A DNA stretch of 64,000 bases, from the NCBI RefSeq assembly GCF_006345805.1, contig NC_043010.1, positions 42,284,001 through 42,348,000 on the forward strand, written 5' to 3'. A program made the translations under genes and the position numbers. The stretch is from Octopus sinensis (taxonomy: Eukaryota). Below the pieces are notes generated by a model. That model saw nothing but the letters and a program-made list of their open reading frames with translations. It ran no database searches and was not told the origin of the DNA. Below, one piece after another: positions 24,701 to 39,839 of the stretch (position 1 is its first letter; the number at the start of each line of letters is the position of its first letter).

Positions 24701-27045
24701 GGGCTTTCTTCTTATATTGATGAGGGGTAGAAGGTAACTATATGAAAATATATCCAGGAAATATAATAACTGGATAAAAAGTTGGGTTCTTACCGTATCA
24801 GTACTTTTACTAACATTTTGGATGCTGGATGAGACTAATGTTAAAACGGAACTATTCCCACCATATTTTCTACACAACAATAAAAACACTGACCGTCTCT
24901 GCAAAGTAGTTGAGGTATGACACCGATTCAAACAACCTTTGATTATTGCATCACATCCCTTCGATAATATTTACTAACTATCAAGCATCGAAGTTAAAGA
25001 TACATACACGAAGCAACTACCGTCATGAGAATTAGGAAGACGTTCGGTAGAAAATATTTTCTATTAAATGACCAGGAATACTCAGACAGGGAATTTACAA
25101 GACTCTGCTACAATGAACATCAAATGAAATTCTTTCTGCTAATCTGCAGTAAGTCACACATAGCTATGTTGTTGGAAAGCTTCAGTGTGAGAGTAACATA
25201 GTTAAGCTAGCTTCGACCATTCTTTTATAATACATTAATAGATAGCACTAACGAAATACCTGATAACAAAATGAATAAAAAATTGATGAAGGCTGTGTAG
25301 AATTGATACCAAAGAAGTGCCCAACAGCGTAATATCAATCCAAAAATGTCATTACGATACTGTGTTTTTTAGTCTTTTTTGAGTCGAGTACTGTTGGTTT
25401 ACACTTCTCTAAACTTGCGAAAACTATGCTACTTTCTATCTAGAAGCCATTTATATCGTTCTCCTTTTCTCCTCTCTCTTATCAGTTCACTGAATATTCT
25501 TAGAACCTGCATAAAATACTTTCGCTTTACAATGTTGTCTCTAGATATTCTGAAGTAGTCGTAATATAATAAAATTCATAGAGGATTTGACAACTCGTCT
25601 GAGATCATTGCCGGAACCAATGCAGCTTGTTAAAACTCCATGAAAGTTATATATTCTTAAATTACTCATAAGGTGAGAGTAGAAAATTTTCCCCTCTTTT
25701 TCATTATTGTTTTATCATAAATGCAATGCTACCATGGAAACGAAAGCAAACATTAAAAAAATAATTTCACTCTCTAAAAGCCCGGCAATGAATTATCTTT
25801 CTATGACATTGCATTCATTAAAGAATTAATTTGTAATGAACAGATTTTATTGGTTAAGAATATCGTAAAATACATTCATATTCTCCCCTTTACTTTTTTT
25901 AAAAAATCGAATCAATACGTAGTTCAAACAGTGACCATGGTTTCCGATTATGCCGAAAGAAGGAAGATCTGCAAGTCTTCTTATTAACACATATTAATAG
26001 TTTTCTACTGAAATGTTCGCGAGTCAGGTATTCAACACAGTATGAATTGAAGTGAACTTTAAATCTAATGAAATCGAACAAATAAAAGAATTTCCCCGTG
26101 CTAACAAAGTCAACTTTTATCAATGGCAATTTCACGTTAATTACACAAATAGATATTATAAAGAGAATAAAAGCATTCCTTTTCTTCTTACCTTTTAAAT
26201 GCATCACGTGATTAGTAAATCATGACTTGATATAAATTCTCGGGGAATGTTTATAATTATTATCTTCCTGATTAAATTTATTGTCATTATCTGATTTATT
26301 TTTCATCAAGCGTTTAAGAGAATACTAAGTTTGCATCCTAATTTGTATGCGCATTCATCCAAGTGATAATCATGTAGGTTAGAAACGTTTAGGTGATATA
26401 AAAACAGAAATCAATTCAAACGCGTATACACAATATGTTTTGCTGTTTTGTATTTTATTATTTTCTTTTCTTTTTTTTTTGTACTATACATTTACATCAG
26501 CTAAAACCTTGTAGTTAATATCGGCTTTCAATGGCTAAATATTTGTTCTCAGTCTACAATTTTATGGCCTACCATCTGATATCTCATTTACAATATTATG
26601 ATATAACATTTCGCTTTATCCATTCTCTTCTCTTAAGTATTATGATCTTTCTGATATTGTTAGTCGTTTCTCACATGATGTTTGTGCTTCAAATCCACTG
26701 CAAATCCATCGTTTCGATCTCTCATTCTTCCATTTGTTTTTGTTTTTGTTTTTTTGGGTGGGGGATCTATTCCATCTCAATCAGATATTTTTAATTAATT
26801 TTTTTAAACTAAACACTTTGAAATTTGGATTGCTGGTAGAATTTCTCACGTAGAACAAAGGTCCACCCTGAACGCTCTGGACAAAATTTCATATTTTAGA
26901 AGTTATTTCGTGTTAAAGTTATCGTATTTGGGTAATTTCAACCAACCAACGATGTGTATTCGGTTGAAGAAAGCGATTGCTATTTGCGATATCAATCAAA
27001 GAGGAACAACTTCCGCCGGGGAGGTGATAAGCAATTTCTTTTATA

Positions 27046-27452
27046 GGCGTAGGAGTGGCTGTGTGGTAAATAGCTTGCTTACCAACCACATGCTTCCGGG
27101 TTCAGTCCCACCTTGGGCAAGTGTCTTCTGCCATAGCTCGGGCCGACCAAAGCCTTGTGAGTGGATTTGGTAGGCGGAAACTGAAGGAGGTCCGTCGTAT
27201 ATATGTATATAGATGTGTATGTGTGTGTGTATATGTTTGTGTGTCTGTGTTTGTCCCCCCCCCCAGCATCGCTTGACAACCGATGCTGGTGTGTTTACGT
27301 CCCTGTAACTTAGCAGTTCGGCAAAAGGGAGGGATAGCATAAGTACTAGGCTTATAAAGAATGAGTCCTGGGGTCGATTTGCTCGACTAAAGGCGGTGTT
27401 CCAGCATGACCACAGTCAAATGACCGAAACAAGTAAAAGAATAAAAGAAAAG
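27046..27452 (+). mobile_element. SINE family B, near full length
   Basis: ggcgtaggagtggctgtgtggtaa..ccgggttcagtcccaccttgggcaagtgtcttc..gaccgaaacaagtaaaagaataaaag. Confidence 0.9.
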
Positions 27453-28195
27453 AATATATTATATATGATATCTGAATGAGTGTATATGTATTTGTGTATG
27501 TTTATTTAGAGATATACATAGAAAATAGAATTACAGAAACGTGCATTTACACATACATATAGAGAAACACACACTTAAAAAGGAAGGAAGGAAGGAAGGG
27601 GCTGTGACAAAATATAGAAAACCGCGCTCGCTACTGACTGTACTACAAATGCATATAAATGTATACATATGCACACACGCACACACACACACATACATAT
27701 ACTCACACAAAAATACTCACACATATACACTTACTCTCACATACATATGTGTGAGCATGTAATAATTATATTTTCTCTAATGAGACTGTTTATGTATGTT
27801 TGCGTAGATGTGTGTGTGTATGTAATAATTGTTTTTATTCGGCGATCTTTCGGTAACTATACATAAACTAACCAAGGTTCTTCCAGTAACTAACGATGAT
27901 CGATCCCATCTCAAAATACAACCACTGAAAAGCGCAACCATTGAAAAGTGCATTAATTTGAATTACCATCCATATTTTATCTGTTTGGTTGAAATTAATT
28001 AATACAATCACATGCATCTACACAAACGTATGCATATACAAACTCATTAGAGAAAATAATTATTGCCTGAGTGTATCAAGAATATAAAATGACTGCAGTT
28101 GAAAGATATATTATAAATACACATCTATCCTTAATTTAACAGTTCATACATGTGCCTAATTTATTTATATTAAGAAATGTATGCAATAAATTTTG

Positions 28196-28642
28196 GGATC
28201 TTTTCGGTTTGAACGGCAGATTTTAACATAATTTCTAGGTAACTAAAAAATGTTAAACTTCGTATACTGGTAGAATGTGTTTATAAAACATCTTTTTCCC
28301 TTGGCTTTATTGAGAAAATTCTATAGTTTGTAAGATATTTGTTGCTTTTTTTCTTCGATTTCTGCAATTACAACCAATCACTGACGTCCATTGAGTTAAA
28401 AAACAACATTCTGTGCCGAATGAATATGTACCTCGTTTAAGAAACAGATTGGGTTTAATTACATTTGTGACGAAAAAAGATACGCTTCCCCCCACCCCTA
28501 ACCCTAATCCTAACCAACCCTAACTAACCCTAACTCTAAAACAGATTGAAATGCAATAGATCGATACTAGAGTCATAATTATGGGTGAGAATTTCATATG
28601 ACACCGGTAGAAAAAAATCTGCCGTTCAAACCGAAAACATCC
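28196..28642. mobile_element. MITE with ~29-bp TIRs and 8-bp TSD (Merlin- or hAT-type TSD length)
   Basis: TIR ggatcttttcggtttgaacggcagatttt / aaaatctgccgttcaaaccgaaaacatcc. TSD aaattttg at 28188-28195 and 28643-28650. Internal degenerate (CCCTAA)n at about 28495-28540. Confidence 0.9.
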
Positions 28643-28875
28643 AAATTTTGAATCGGGAGTTTTTTTTTACATCAACTGTAAGTCACGGCCTGCGTGGATG
28701 TGTGTGTATGTAATAAATATTTTTACTCAGTATTCTTTCAGTAACTAACGCTGATCGATGTCACATCTCAAAATACAACCACTAGATAGCATTGAAAAGT
28801 GCATTAATTTGAATTACCATCCATATTTTATCTGTTTGGTTAAAAATAATTATTACAATCACACACATCTACACA

Positions 28876-29688
28876 TTACAGCTCCCAAAATTACCGCAGA
28901 GCCTAGTGACCACCTCGAGAACCCAGTTTTCACAAAAACTGTTTGCCGGCAGCTGTACAAAGCTGGATTTCACGAAAAGGCTGCAATCGGAAAACATTAC
29001 TCTCAAAAACAAACGCTGCAAAACGTTTAGAGTGGAGTAAAAACCTACAGAATTGGTCCCCAGAGCAGTGGAAGAACGTTATTTTCTCGGACGAGTCATC
29101 CTTTACCTTATTTCCGACCATCGGTCGAGTATACGTGTGGAGACAGCCAAAAGAAGCATTTGACCCAAACTGCTTTTTTCCAACTGTTAAACATGGAGGA
29201 GGATCTGTGATGATTGGGGTGGCTATACCTTGGAAATCAGCCGGCCCAATGTTTTCTCTTCATGGCAGAATTGATAGTCAACACTATGTAAGCATTTTAT
29301 CTAATCAAATTCATCCTATGGTTGCGGAACTGTTTCCGGGGGGAAAAGGCAATATTTCTGGATGATGTGCACTGAATGGCACGAGGAACATTCTAGTGAA
29401 GTTGAACATCTTATCTGGCCATCACAGCCCCAGATCTCAGGATTATTGAACATTTATGGTGCATTTTAGAAAAACAAGTAAGGAGTCAATGTGCTCCATC
29501 ACTACAAGACCTGGAGACTGTTTCAGCTGAAGAATGGACAAAAATTCCTTTGGAAACAATTCAAACTTTCTACGAGTCCATGCCTCATAGAACTCAAGCT
29601 GTAATTCCTGACAAAGGCGGTCCTAACCCATATTAAAATAAATTTGTTTGAAATTTTAAGGTGTTTCCATTATTTTGTCCAACCCCTG
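28876..29688 (+). mobile_element. 5'-truncated Tc1-like transposon (transposase pseudogene plus right TIR)
   Basis: WKNVIFSDES, PTVKHGGGSVM, HLIWPS/SPDLRIIEHLW and KGGPNPY* (stop 29634-29636). TIR end tttccattattttgtccaacccctg followed by TA. Confidence 0.92.
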
Positions 29689-29814
29689 TATATATATATA
29701 TGTCTATAGATACATATATGCATACGTACTACACTAATTTGTTGTTTATACACCTTTCTTCGTCTTTTGTTTTTCTGTAAATTCCAAGTATATATATATA
29801 TATGCGTGTATTTA

Positions 29815-30100
29815 TATCACCGTCCCCGTGATCACCGTGACCGACCATGCTATCAGATTTTGCTACACGTCGCTGGTCACAATGCGCTTCGCATTGTTTT
29901 AGCCTTCAAATGACGCCACCGCGCTGGCTAAGCGAGCAGGCCAACAGAAGAAAGAGTGAGAGAAAGTTGTGGCGAAAGAGTACAGCAGGGATCGCCCCAC
30001 CCCACCCCCTACCAGAGTCTCGTGAAGCTTTTAGGTGTTTTCACTCAATAAACACTCACAACGCTCTGTCTGGAAATCGAAACCGCGAGTCCGCTGCCCT
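29815..30100 (-). mobile_element. SINE family C related copy (degraded)
   Basis: Shares gaaagagtgagagaaagttgtggcgaa, ttaggtgttt..ctca.taaacac and ccgcga.tccgctgc with 13653-13932. Confidence 0.75.
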
Positions 30101-30109
30101 AGCTATAGG

Positions 30110-30450
30110 ATTTGAATTCTCTAATGCCGTCAGGCCAACACTGTAGAAAAATTCCATTGTCATTCTGCTGAGAAATTTGGATCCTGCTAATGGCTTGCTG
30201 AATGGTACTCGATTTTTGGTTTTATCTTGTAATGAATTTATATTCATGCAATAATTATTACTGGCAGTAAAAAAGGAAATGAGTTGACCTGCGTCCGAGT
30301 GAAACAGATCTCACCTTCAATATGAGGAGGCGGCAGTTCCTTGTGGTACCAGCTTTGCCATGACAAATCGCAAGGACAGAGCTTCGAAAAAGTTGGTATT
30401 TAATTGTCAGCTCCCGTATTTAGACACGGCCAGCTTTGTGTGGCCTTAAG
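30110..30450 (+). mobile_element. Helitron PIF1-helicase C-terminal fragment
   Basis: IVILLRNLDPANGLLNGTRFLV, RRRQFLVVPAFAMT, KSQGQSFEKVGI and PVFRHGQLCVAL are canonical Helitron helicase C-terminal motifs. Frameshifted. Confidence 0.88.
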
Positions 30451-30570
30451 TTACAAGAGGGAAGGAAAACTTTAAAATCCTTTTGAAGGAAACAAGCAGT
30501 CAAGTTGCGGATAGATTTTTCATTAAAAAAAATTTTATAATGAAAGAATTGTTAAACTAAAAACTTGGTT

Positions 30571-30845
30571 TTGTACTTAAATATAAAGAAGAGGAGCGAC
30601 AACTAAGTGGATTCCTTGTATACTAAAAATAGATGTCAAACTGTCCTGCCACGAAAAAGTATAGAATTACCTTAAGGTATGGAATTAGGTGCTATGTTTC
30701 TTTCTTTTTATTTGTCTAGCTCGTAAACATCTAGCGTCTTGCTAATTTGGGAACATATTTTTCGTAGTAGGACTGTTTGACGTCTATTTTTAGCACACAC
30801 GGAATCTACTTAGTGGCCTCCCCTCTTATTTATATTTAAATACAA
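30571..30845. mobile_element. Fold-back MITE-like element with ~90-bp imperfect TIRs
   Basis: 30571-30661 is the approximate reverse complement of 30755-30845 (e.g. ctaaaaatagatgtcaaactgtcct vs aggactgtttgacgtctatttttag). Confidence 0.75.
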
Positions 30846-32044
30846 TTTATAGTCCTCGGACGTTTTTTACCTATGTTGACCACTGGTTCAAATTATTATT
30901 ATTTGATAATATTAATTTCTACCCTTATTAATTGGTTTTGTACCTTTTTAATATATAAAATACTACAATTAGCCGAGGTCGACTTTGCCTGTTACCTTTC
31001 GTGGTCGATACACTGAGGTCAATATAATCGACTCACCCCTCTCATCGAAATTTCTGGCCTTGTGCCAAAATTTGAAATTAATATAAAAATAACAGGTTAA
31101 CAACAATGGAGTATTTTATGTGGAAATACTTTGACCTGAAAATTCTTATAAGTCTGAGTTTCTAATAACTCCTAGAAATCCTTATAAGTCCCAGAAATCC
31201 TCCCAGTAAAAAGTAATGTATTTACTCAACAAAAGAGAGACTGTCAAGTTTACATAAGCTGTTGAAATTTGGAGAGATATGTAGGTTTATTTCAAGATAG
31301 TAGATAATAGATATGAAGATAATTATCAAAATAATTAACTCGAATATTAATGTCAGAATTAGCAACAACAATAAAGATTTATATTTTACTAGGCTCAAAG
31401 CCAATTTTTCGATTGAATTGATTCCAGTATTGAATTTTCGACGATAAACAGCAAGGCAACTTATGGTGAGATTTTAATTCAGAGCAGTCTGACATCGGGT
31501 TATCAAGCACTCAAATGCATGGGTGAGAGAACTCGTTGCCTTCATTCAAAGTTGAAACTACCCACAAACAAAAGTCATCCCTGATTGAACAGACCTATTA
31601 TCTGGGGTATATCAGTCTAATCATCCTGTCTTATTTACATACAGTGGCAGTTTAAGAGCTAGAGTATGATTTGAACGAGCAATTCACGCTCTAACAACTC
31701 TTATGTACCTGACAGTTCGACCATGTTCGCCATGCGCTTTCTTCTGTATGTTAAAATTCCTTCTTGTTTTGCCACCCTCCTAACAATATACACTTTAATA
31801 CAGATGATACTACCATTCACTCGACCAACATTCAGGTTATACGCATCATCCAAGTGCAACCTAAACATGTTGTGCTGGTATACACTGGTTCCAAGAATAA
31901 TCGTCATTGAAGAGGAAACTGACAAGACAATGCCTTTCAATGAAGTAAAGTGCTATATCTTTTACTCTCGACTTATTAATAACACAATTAATACCTTAAA
32001 ATCGATATAAATATCTCTGGCCATCAATTTTCTTATAATTCTTG

Positions 32045-32880
<836 letters not shown>

Positions 32881-32916
32881 TTTCTGATTTCACTCCCACT
32901 GATTCACACAGAAAAG

Positions 32917-32951
<35 letters not shown>

Positions 32952-33479
32952 CTATCTATCTATATATATATATATATATATCAAGGAATTCCATAAATAT
33001 GCTCCATATGCTCAATTTATTAGTTATATATTTCAGCACTTTATAAGTTGTGTTAGTTTGAGGTCTGGTTTTAGTTTATTCGAGACGAACGTCCGGGCAC
33101 TGCAGGTTCAACTATTGAGTCTCTACATGGATTATTAGCATAAGAGATTCAGGCATTCACATATTTATTGACAAAAGTCATCTGCTGAACTAAACCACCC
33201 CCAAAAAAAAAATCAAATTTTTTCTCTCAAACCATATCTACTAGACTATAACTGGGAACAAAAATACCCAAAGCAGTTAGAAAAAATATGAAAGATTTTG
33301 ACTTGTAAATATCTAACCATCGTCTGTTACGGTAGTAATTGTATTATTTTCGTTATGTATGTTAACCCGGAAGCGAATAGACATTTCTTTTCTATTCTAT
33401 TTAATTTTTGCGCATTTCTAGTTTTCCATTCTTGTTTTCCCCTACTTAACTTTTGACCTTTCTTCCATTTCTGAATAAA

Positions 33480-33740
33480 ATATCTTATTTATTATTTTGT
33501 TTGTACCAACTATAGAGTAAATTGGATTGTGTGTAAAATATTTTTCTTTCTGCTAGCGTTAGATGTAATGTTTTATCCACTGTTTCCAAGACTTCGTAGA
33601 AACAAGTCAAGGCGGTCCGGCTGACACCATAATTATGACTCAATTTCCATATTGATCCTTGATCAAAAACTTTGAGTAATTGAATACAATTGATTAGGCC
33701 TCTGTTAATTTCAAATATCGATTTTATCGACAAAACAGTA
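33480..33740 (-). mobile_element. CR1-like RT relic
   Basis: LLKVFDQGSIWKLSHNYGVSRTALTCFYEVL resembles KAFD.V.H..L..KL..YG..G..L.W...FL. Confidence 0.5.
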
Positions 33741-34794
33741 TTTTTTTAATTGTAGGACCAGTGAGATTTGGTGGCTGATAAATTGTTCTTCACTTTCAAA
33801 GAATATCCATCATTTCTATCATATTTATGGTTTCTCTTTGTTTTTTTTTTGTTTTTTTCTCCTCATGTCGATAAAATATTTTCACACTTTGAAAATGAAT
33901 AAATATATTTTTATAGCATTTGTTTAGAATGTTTTCTTTTTCATATTTCTGGGGATATTTTTTTTTTTTACAATTTTCTTTGATAATTGGAAATAGTATA
34001 ATTTCCGATCTGTGAAGTTGTTATTGTTGTTGCTGGTGAATTTGCTGTGTGATCATGGTGCAGATAATAATGAACGCATCATGGAAGTAATGATGATGAT
34101 GAGAGGTAGATGGGGAGAGGAAAAAAGAGATAAAATTCTTGCTGCTGCTGCTGCAGCTGCTGATAACGTTGATGGGGAGGAGGGTGAAAGGGAAGGAAAG
34201 AAGGAGGAGCAAAAAAAGTAGAGGATGGAGTGGAGAAGGGAAGATGATGATGATGATATATAAATATTGTTTCTATTATTTATCAGTAGTGTAATTGTTG
34301 AACTATTCAAGAAAGAAACTGCGTTGATGTGAAGATGAAACTGTCAATCTAGTCACTCGGTTATTAATTTTCTTTTAGACGTTAGTATTGTTTCAATATC
34401 AATGTGGCTGCTCTGTGTTTTGACAACGTTGTTACAATTTCTCTGAAGCCTTTACAAACCATAATTCTTTTGATTGCAATTGTTACTCTCACACCTTTGC
34501 TACCGAGACCACTGTTTAATTACTCTCGCACAGCATAGTGATGAGCAGGATGACGATGAGTAGGTTTATTCATCTTTAGAATTGAAGCATCTCTTAAATC
34601 TTGAGAGAAACCTTTATCAGTTAGAGTGGAATAATTTACCCAATAGGCTCAGCGAGGGAGTATAGCAGCATTAAAACCTGGCATCATCCCACTGTTAACA
34701 CAATCAATGTATCTGCACAACACTTACTCACAGCAAACATGCCAGCGATAATTAACGATCACAGATTTATCAGAATTTATATATGCGTAGGTGA

Positions 34795-35070
34795 GGGCGC
34801 GTGACCTAGTGGTCCGGGTGTTGCAGTCACAATCACAAGATCATGGTTTCAATTTCTAGACAGAGTGGTGCATTGTACTCTTCACGTTGCTCTGCAATCA
34901 CTTCGATACTTGTCGTATGACACACCGGGCACCTGTACAGGCAATATTAAGTTTGATGCAAAGAGTTAGCTAATGTGCAGCACGAATATTTAATCACTAT
35001 AACCAAATCATTTGTACAAGTTCTGCAAGTAATTGCAGAACTGTCTTTCTCGGACTACGAGATTCGACCA
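34795..35070 (+). mobile_element. tRNA-derived SINE (family D), degraded
   Basis: gggcgcgtgacctagtgg (A box) .. ggtttcaattt (B-box-like). The 3' part resembles 1685-1810. Confidence 0.6.
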
Positions 35071-35125
35071 TCATCATCATAAGCATGTGTGTAAAGTATG
35101 TGTGACTATATAAATATATATATAT

Positions 35126-35182
<57 letters not shown>

Positions 35183-35291
35183 ATTATATATATATATATA
35201 TTATATATATTATTTATATATGTATATCTATTATATATATAATATATTATATATAATATATATATTATAATATATATATATATATATATAT

Positions 35292-35336
<45 letters not shown>

Positions 35337-35574
35337 AGATTGCAAGTATTAAGTTTTCACGGAATACGTCATCTACCAGCGTAAAGTTCTTACGTCATAC
35401 CTATTAACTAAGTTTTACATTAATCTGGAATTCACAGTAGAACTGTAATCCCACAACTACTGTCACAATACAAGTATTATACATTTGCTGAGTAGAGCTC
35501 TCTTAATAGTAAAAACAACAACAACAATAACAACAATAATAGTAATAATAATAATAATTACAACAACAACAACT

Positions 35575-37145
35575 GAAAAAGACAGTTCAGGTAAAACAGA
35601 TTGTTTAAAGCAAATCAGAAGAAGCTGTTTCAGGAAGTAGATGGCCAAATACACAGACGCACAGGAAAGCAAGGCATTCTTGAGACGGATCTGGGACCAA
35701 CCTGTAGAGCATAATGACGACGTGGAGTGCCTGCAGGAAATCCAAGATAAGTTAATAAATATAGAAGAGCAAGAAGACATAAAGATAACCACAGAAGTTA
35801 TGAACAGTTGAGAAAATTCTTCAATTAGAAGAGCCCAAGAGCGGATGGGGTCTAAAATTATTGGATGAAGAAGCTGAGATGGATCCATGAAAAGATAGCA
35901 CAACTAGATGAGTGCTTGCAGAAAGGCAGTTGGATGACAAAGGGGAAAACATTGTTATGTGGCAAGGATCCTGAAAAGGGAAATGTAGCATCCAACTTTA
36001 GACCTATAACGTGATTTCCACTAAGATGGTAACTAACGTCAGGTGCTTTGGCCTGTGAACTGTACAGATACTTGAAAAAAAGTGGGCTGCTACCCATTGA
36101 ACAGAAAGGGTGCCGGAAAAGGAGCCGGTGAATGAAGGATCAGCTCTTAATTGATAATCTAACTATCAGGAAATGCAAGAGAAAACATAAAAATCTGAGC
36201 ATGGCATGGGATGACTATAGTAAAGCATACGATATGATACCATACTCCTGGATAATAAGAACAATGGAAATGTATGAAGTAGCAGAGAATATGAGAAGCC
36301 TTATATGGAATAGCATGAAATGTTGGAGAATGAAATTGACAGCTAGGAAGTACTAGGAGAGGTGAAAATCAAGAGAGGAATCTTCCAGGGGGAAAGTATG
36401 TCCCTACTGATATTTGTGCTGGGAATGATCCCCTTGAGTGAAATACTACAGAAAACAAAGTACAGATACTGGTTGCCTGTACATGAAGAGAGTAAAGGGA
36501 GGAAGACTGCGTGCGTATCGAACTCGAGAGCTTAATGAGATACCTAGCCCAAAGTAAGGAAACCTTGCTCGTGACAGTCAAGGAATGAGGAAGTATCGAG
36601 AGCAGAGAAAAATGGGAAAACAAAGGAAGTACAAAAAGGACATGAAGAAGAATTTTGCAAGAAGGGACTACACAATCAATTCTGTGTAGCCACAACAGAA
36701 GTTGCTGGAAAACAAAGGTGGAACTGGCTGATAAAAGGAACCCTAAAAAAGGAGACTGAGAGTACTAATACTTGCAGCGCAAGCCCAAGCTTTGGTTGTG
36801 CCACATCTGCAATAGAGTGGATGAAACCATTGCTCATATCACGAACGAATACCATAGACTTGCCCAAAACCACTACAAGTTGTGGCGACACGACCAGGTA
36901 GCGAAAGTGCTACATTGGAAACTGTACGAAAAGTGGGGACTAGAGATGGGCAAGACGTGGTATGAACACAAACAGCAGAGAGTGGCAGAGTAGGACGCTG
37001 GTAAAATCCTCTGGGATTTCCCAATCCAAACAGATCAGGTGCTAGAGCATAACAGATCGGTGGTAGACATGGTGCACCACGTAAGCTATATAGTTGACGT
37101 CGCATGCCCCTTTGACCCACGAATAGTCTAAGAAGGAAGGCGAAA
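35575..37145 (+). mobile_element. R4/Dong-type non-LTR retrotransposon (RT, zinc-knuckle remnant, RLE) pseudogene
   Basis: NFRPIT, EQKGCRK, KDQLLID, LSMAWDDYSKAYDMIPYSW, KRGIFQGESMS, CHICNRVDETIAHI, RHDQVAKVLHWKL, KILWDFPIQTD and IVDVACPFD. Internal deletion and stops. Flanked by microsatellites. Confidence 0.9.
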
Positions 37146-37146
37146 A

Positions 37147-37348
<202 letters not shown>

Positions 37349-37934
37349 AAGAGCGTGTCTGTGTGAGAGAGGGAGAGAGACACAGAGGGGAGAGAGTAAT
37401 ACAATAAAGCAATTTAAATAAATGAGATGGAACATGCTGTCAGCGATTATTGTTTTCATGAAAAAAGTTTACTGTCAAAAGGGTGTGAGAGAAAAGTGGA
37501 AGAAAGGATATAAAACGAGTAATGAGAGGGGAAAGGTGAAAGTCAGAAAAGAAAATATAAATCTAAATTACTACCAAAGCAATAAAAAAAAAACTTATCT
37601 ATGTGCCTCTGGTAAAGAAGAATGTCATTAGGAAGGTCAGCGATATTATAAAGTATTTGTCAAATGACAAAGTGGAGCAAATACAAACAAGCCTGCCTAG
37701 CCGGGTCTGAAGTAGGACAGCTGACGATAGAGATTTCAGCACTTACTTACATTAGACTACTACAAATAGTTTGAAAGATCAGGGACACAGTGTAGCGGCA
37801 TTTATTACGGCGAAGACTTTACTTGGTAAACTACTCGTTCACGTTCAACGATATGGCAAAGCAAGGTTACAAATCACCTGGTAAACTTTTCGGGTAAATA
37901 CTTTATTTACTAAAACTTTGTGTGTGTCTTTGTT

Positions 37935-37976
<42 letters not shown>

Positions 37977-38336
37977 TGTGTATGTGCGAACATGAATATC
38001 TGTTGTTTTAATCTAAGACAATCCTGATGAATCAAATCTATAATACAGGACTCACTTGGCGTACGAATTTCGTTTTTCTTTTTTTCTTTTTGCATCCAGT
38101 GTATCCTTTTATTTAAAAACGACGGGAGGATTTGATATAAGGGGGAGCTGGCCACTTCATATGCCGTTATTCTGCTTTTAAACACACACACACACACACA
38201 CACATATCAAGTTGGTTAATGTTTACATTTATTACCCGGAAACGAAATAAAAAAAAATAGAGCAACAGGTGTAAAAAATGTTTAGGAACCGAATATGAAA
38301 ACAAAAATGAGCGGAAAGCAATGAGGGTTGTGGGAG

Positions 38337-39117
38337 AGGACTTCAGAAAATTCACAAGATCCGAGTTTTTCCCTCATAACTTTTAGGAAAATGTTATTGT
38401 TTTTTTAATGAAATTTTATATGAATACCTTTCAAACGGCGTGCATTACAATTATAACGAAATTTGTGGGTAAAATCTTTTTTGAATGGGTCGGGAGAGGA
38501 TTTCGGAAAATTCACAATGGATACCTTTTAATGAAATTGTATACATATACCTTTCAAACGGCATGCATTACTGATGCCTAATGTACCGCAAACCCCTTAT
38601 TTTTGTTCGGAAAAAAGGTGGTGGGGGAGAAACCGGAATTATAGGAAAATGTTTTTCTTTTTTTCCGATGAATAAATTACGGTGGCCTAATATGCAGCAA
38701 TCTACAATCTGGGATTAATATATCCTGTAATTTTTAAGAGATATGTAAAAGACAATTTGTTTTAATATTATAATTTTACTTGTTTCACACACACACAAAC
38801 ACTAACGTGGTTTTCTCTCTCCTGTTCAGACTATGTTACCATTAATTTTTATAACTTTAGTATTTTCGCTTTCAAACTTGTTCTTTTCAAACTTGTTTGA
38901 ATTTTCAATCTAATGCAATTTCGCATCTCACCTTCAAAAACGCATTTATTGGGGTTCCCCACCTTTTTCCGAATAAAAATCAGGGGTCTTCGGTACATAA
39001 GGCATTCGTAATGAATGTTGTTTGAAAAGATATTTATATACAATTTCATTAAAAGATCTTTATTTTCTTGAAAGTTATGGACGAAAACCTCGGATCTTGT
39101 GAATTTTTCGAAATCCT
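38337..39117. mobile_element. Fold-back non-autonomous DNA element with long subterminal inverted and direct repeats
   Basis: aaaattcacaagatccgag..cataactt..ttaatgaaatt..tttcaaac at 38348-38435 is repeated at about 38497-38620 and inverted at about 38950-39117. Confidence 0.7.
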
Positions 39118-39738
39118 AACTGTTTTTTGCCTAACCAAATTCTAGTATTTATGACTATCCCAAGTTAGGAAGACAGACATATTGTTGAGAACAATAGATT
39201 TCGTTGATGGTACCTGTTATCTCAATTCTAACTTTTGGTGGCCTAGAAGAGGTTAGAAGAGTCAAGTGGCAAATACATTATTCTGCTTAGCGAAGGCATC
39301 TGGTAGTCACTCACAGAAAAACTATTGCTTTACCGTGAGAAAAGTGCTGTTGAACGGTTAAGTGAAATTTGGCAATCGAGGATCGAATCCACGCCATGTC
39401 TGCATGAAGCCACTACATCACGTAGTAGTGTTGTTATTATGTGTGGGAGTTTTGTTGTCGGGAGTGCTATATCTCACTGTTTTGTCCGATTTAGTAGTTG
39501 TTCTATTTTTCACCCTTTTTCTTCTTCCTCCTGTGGACAGATAGATAGATAGATGTCTTGCTGTATTCTAGTATCTGGCGTTCTGAGTTAAAATCCCGAA
39601 CGTCGCTGGAATTAAACATTGCTACCGTTTGGCTACTGGGCACCATCAGCGGTGTCCACTCTGTTGCAGGACATTCGGACTCACTTTCAGAAGTTTTAAA
39701 GGGTCATGGGACGGGTCTTTCTTCCTAATATATATATC

Positions 39739-39839
<101 letters not shown>

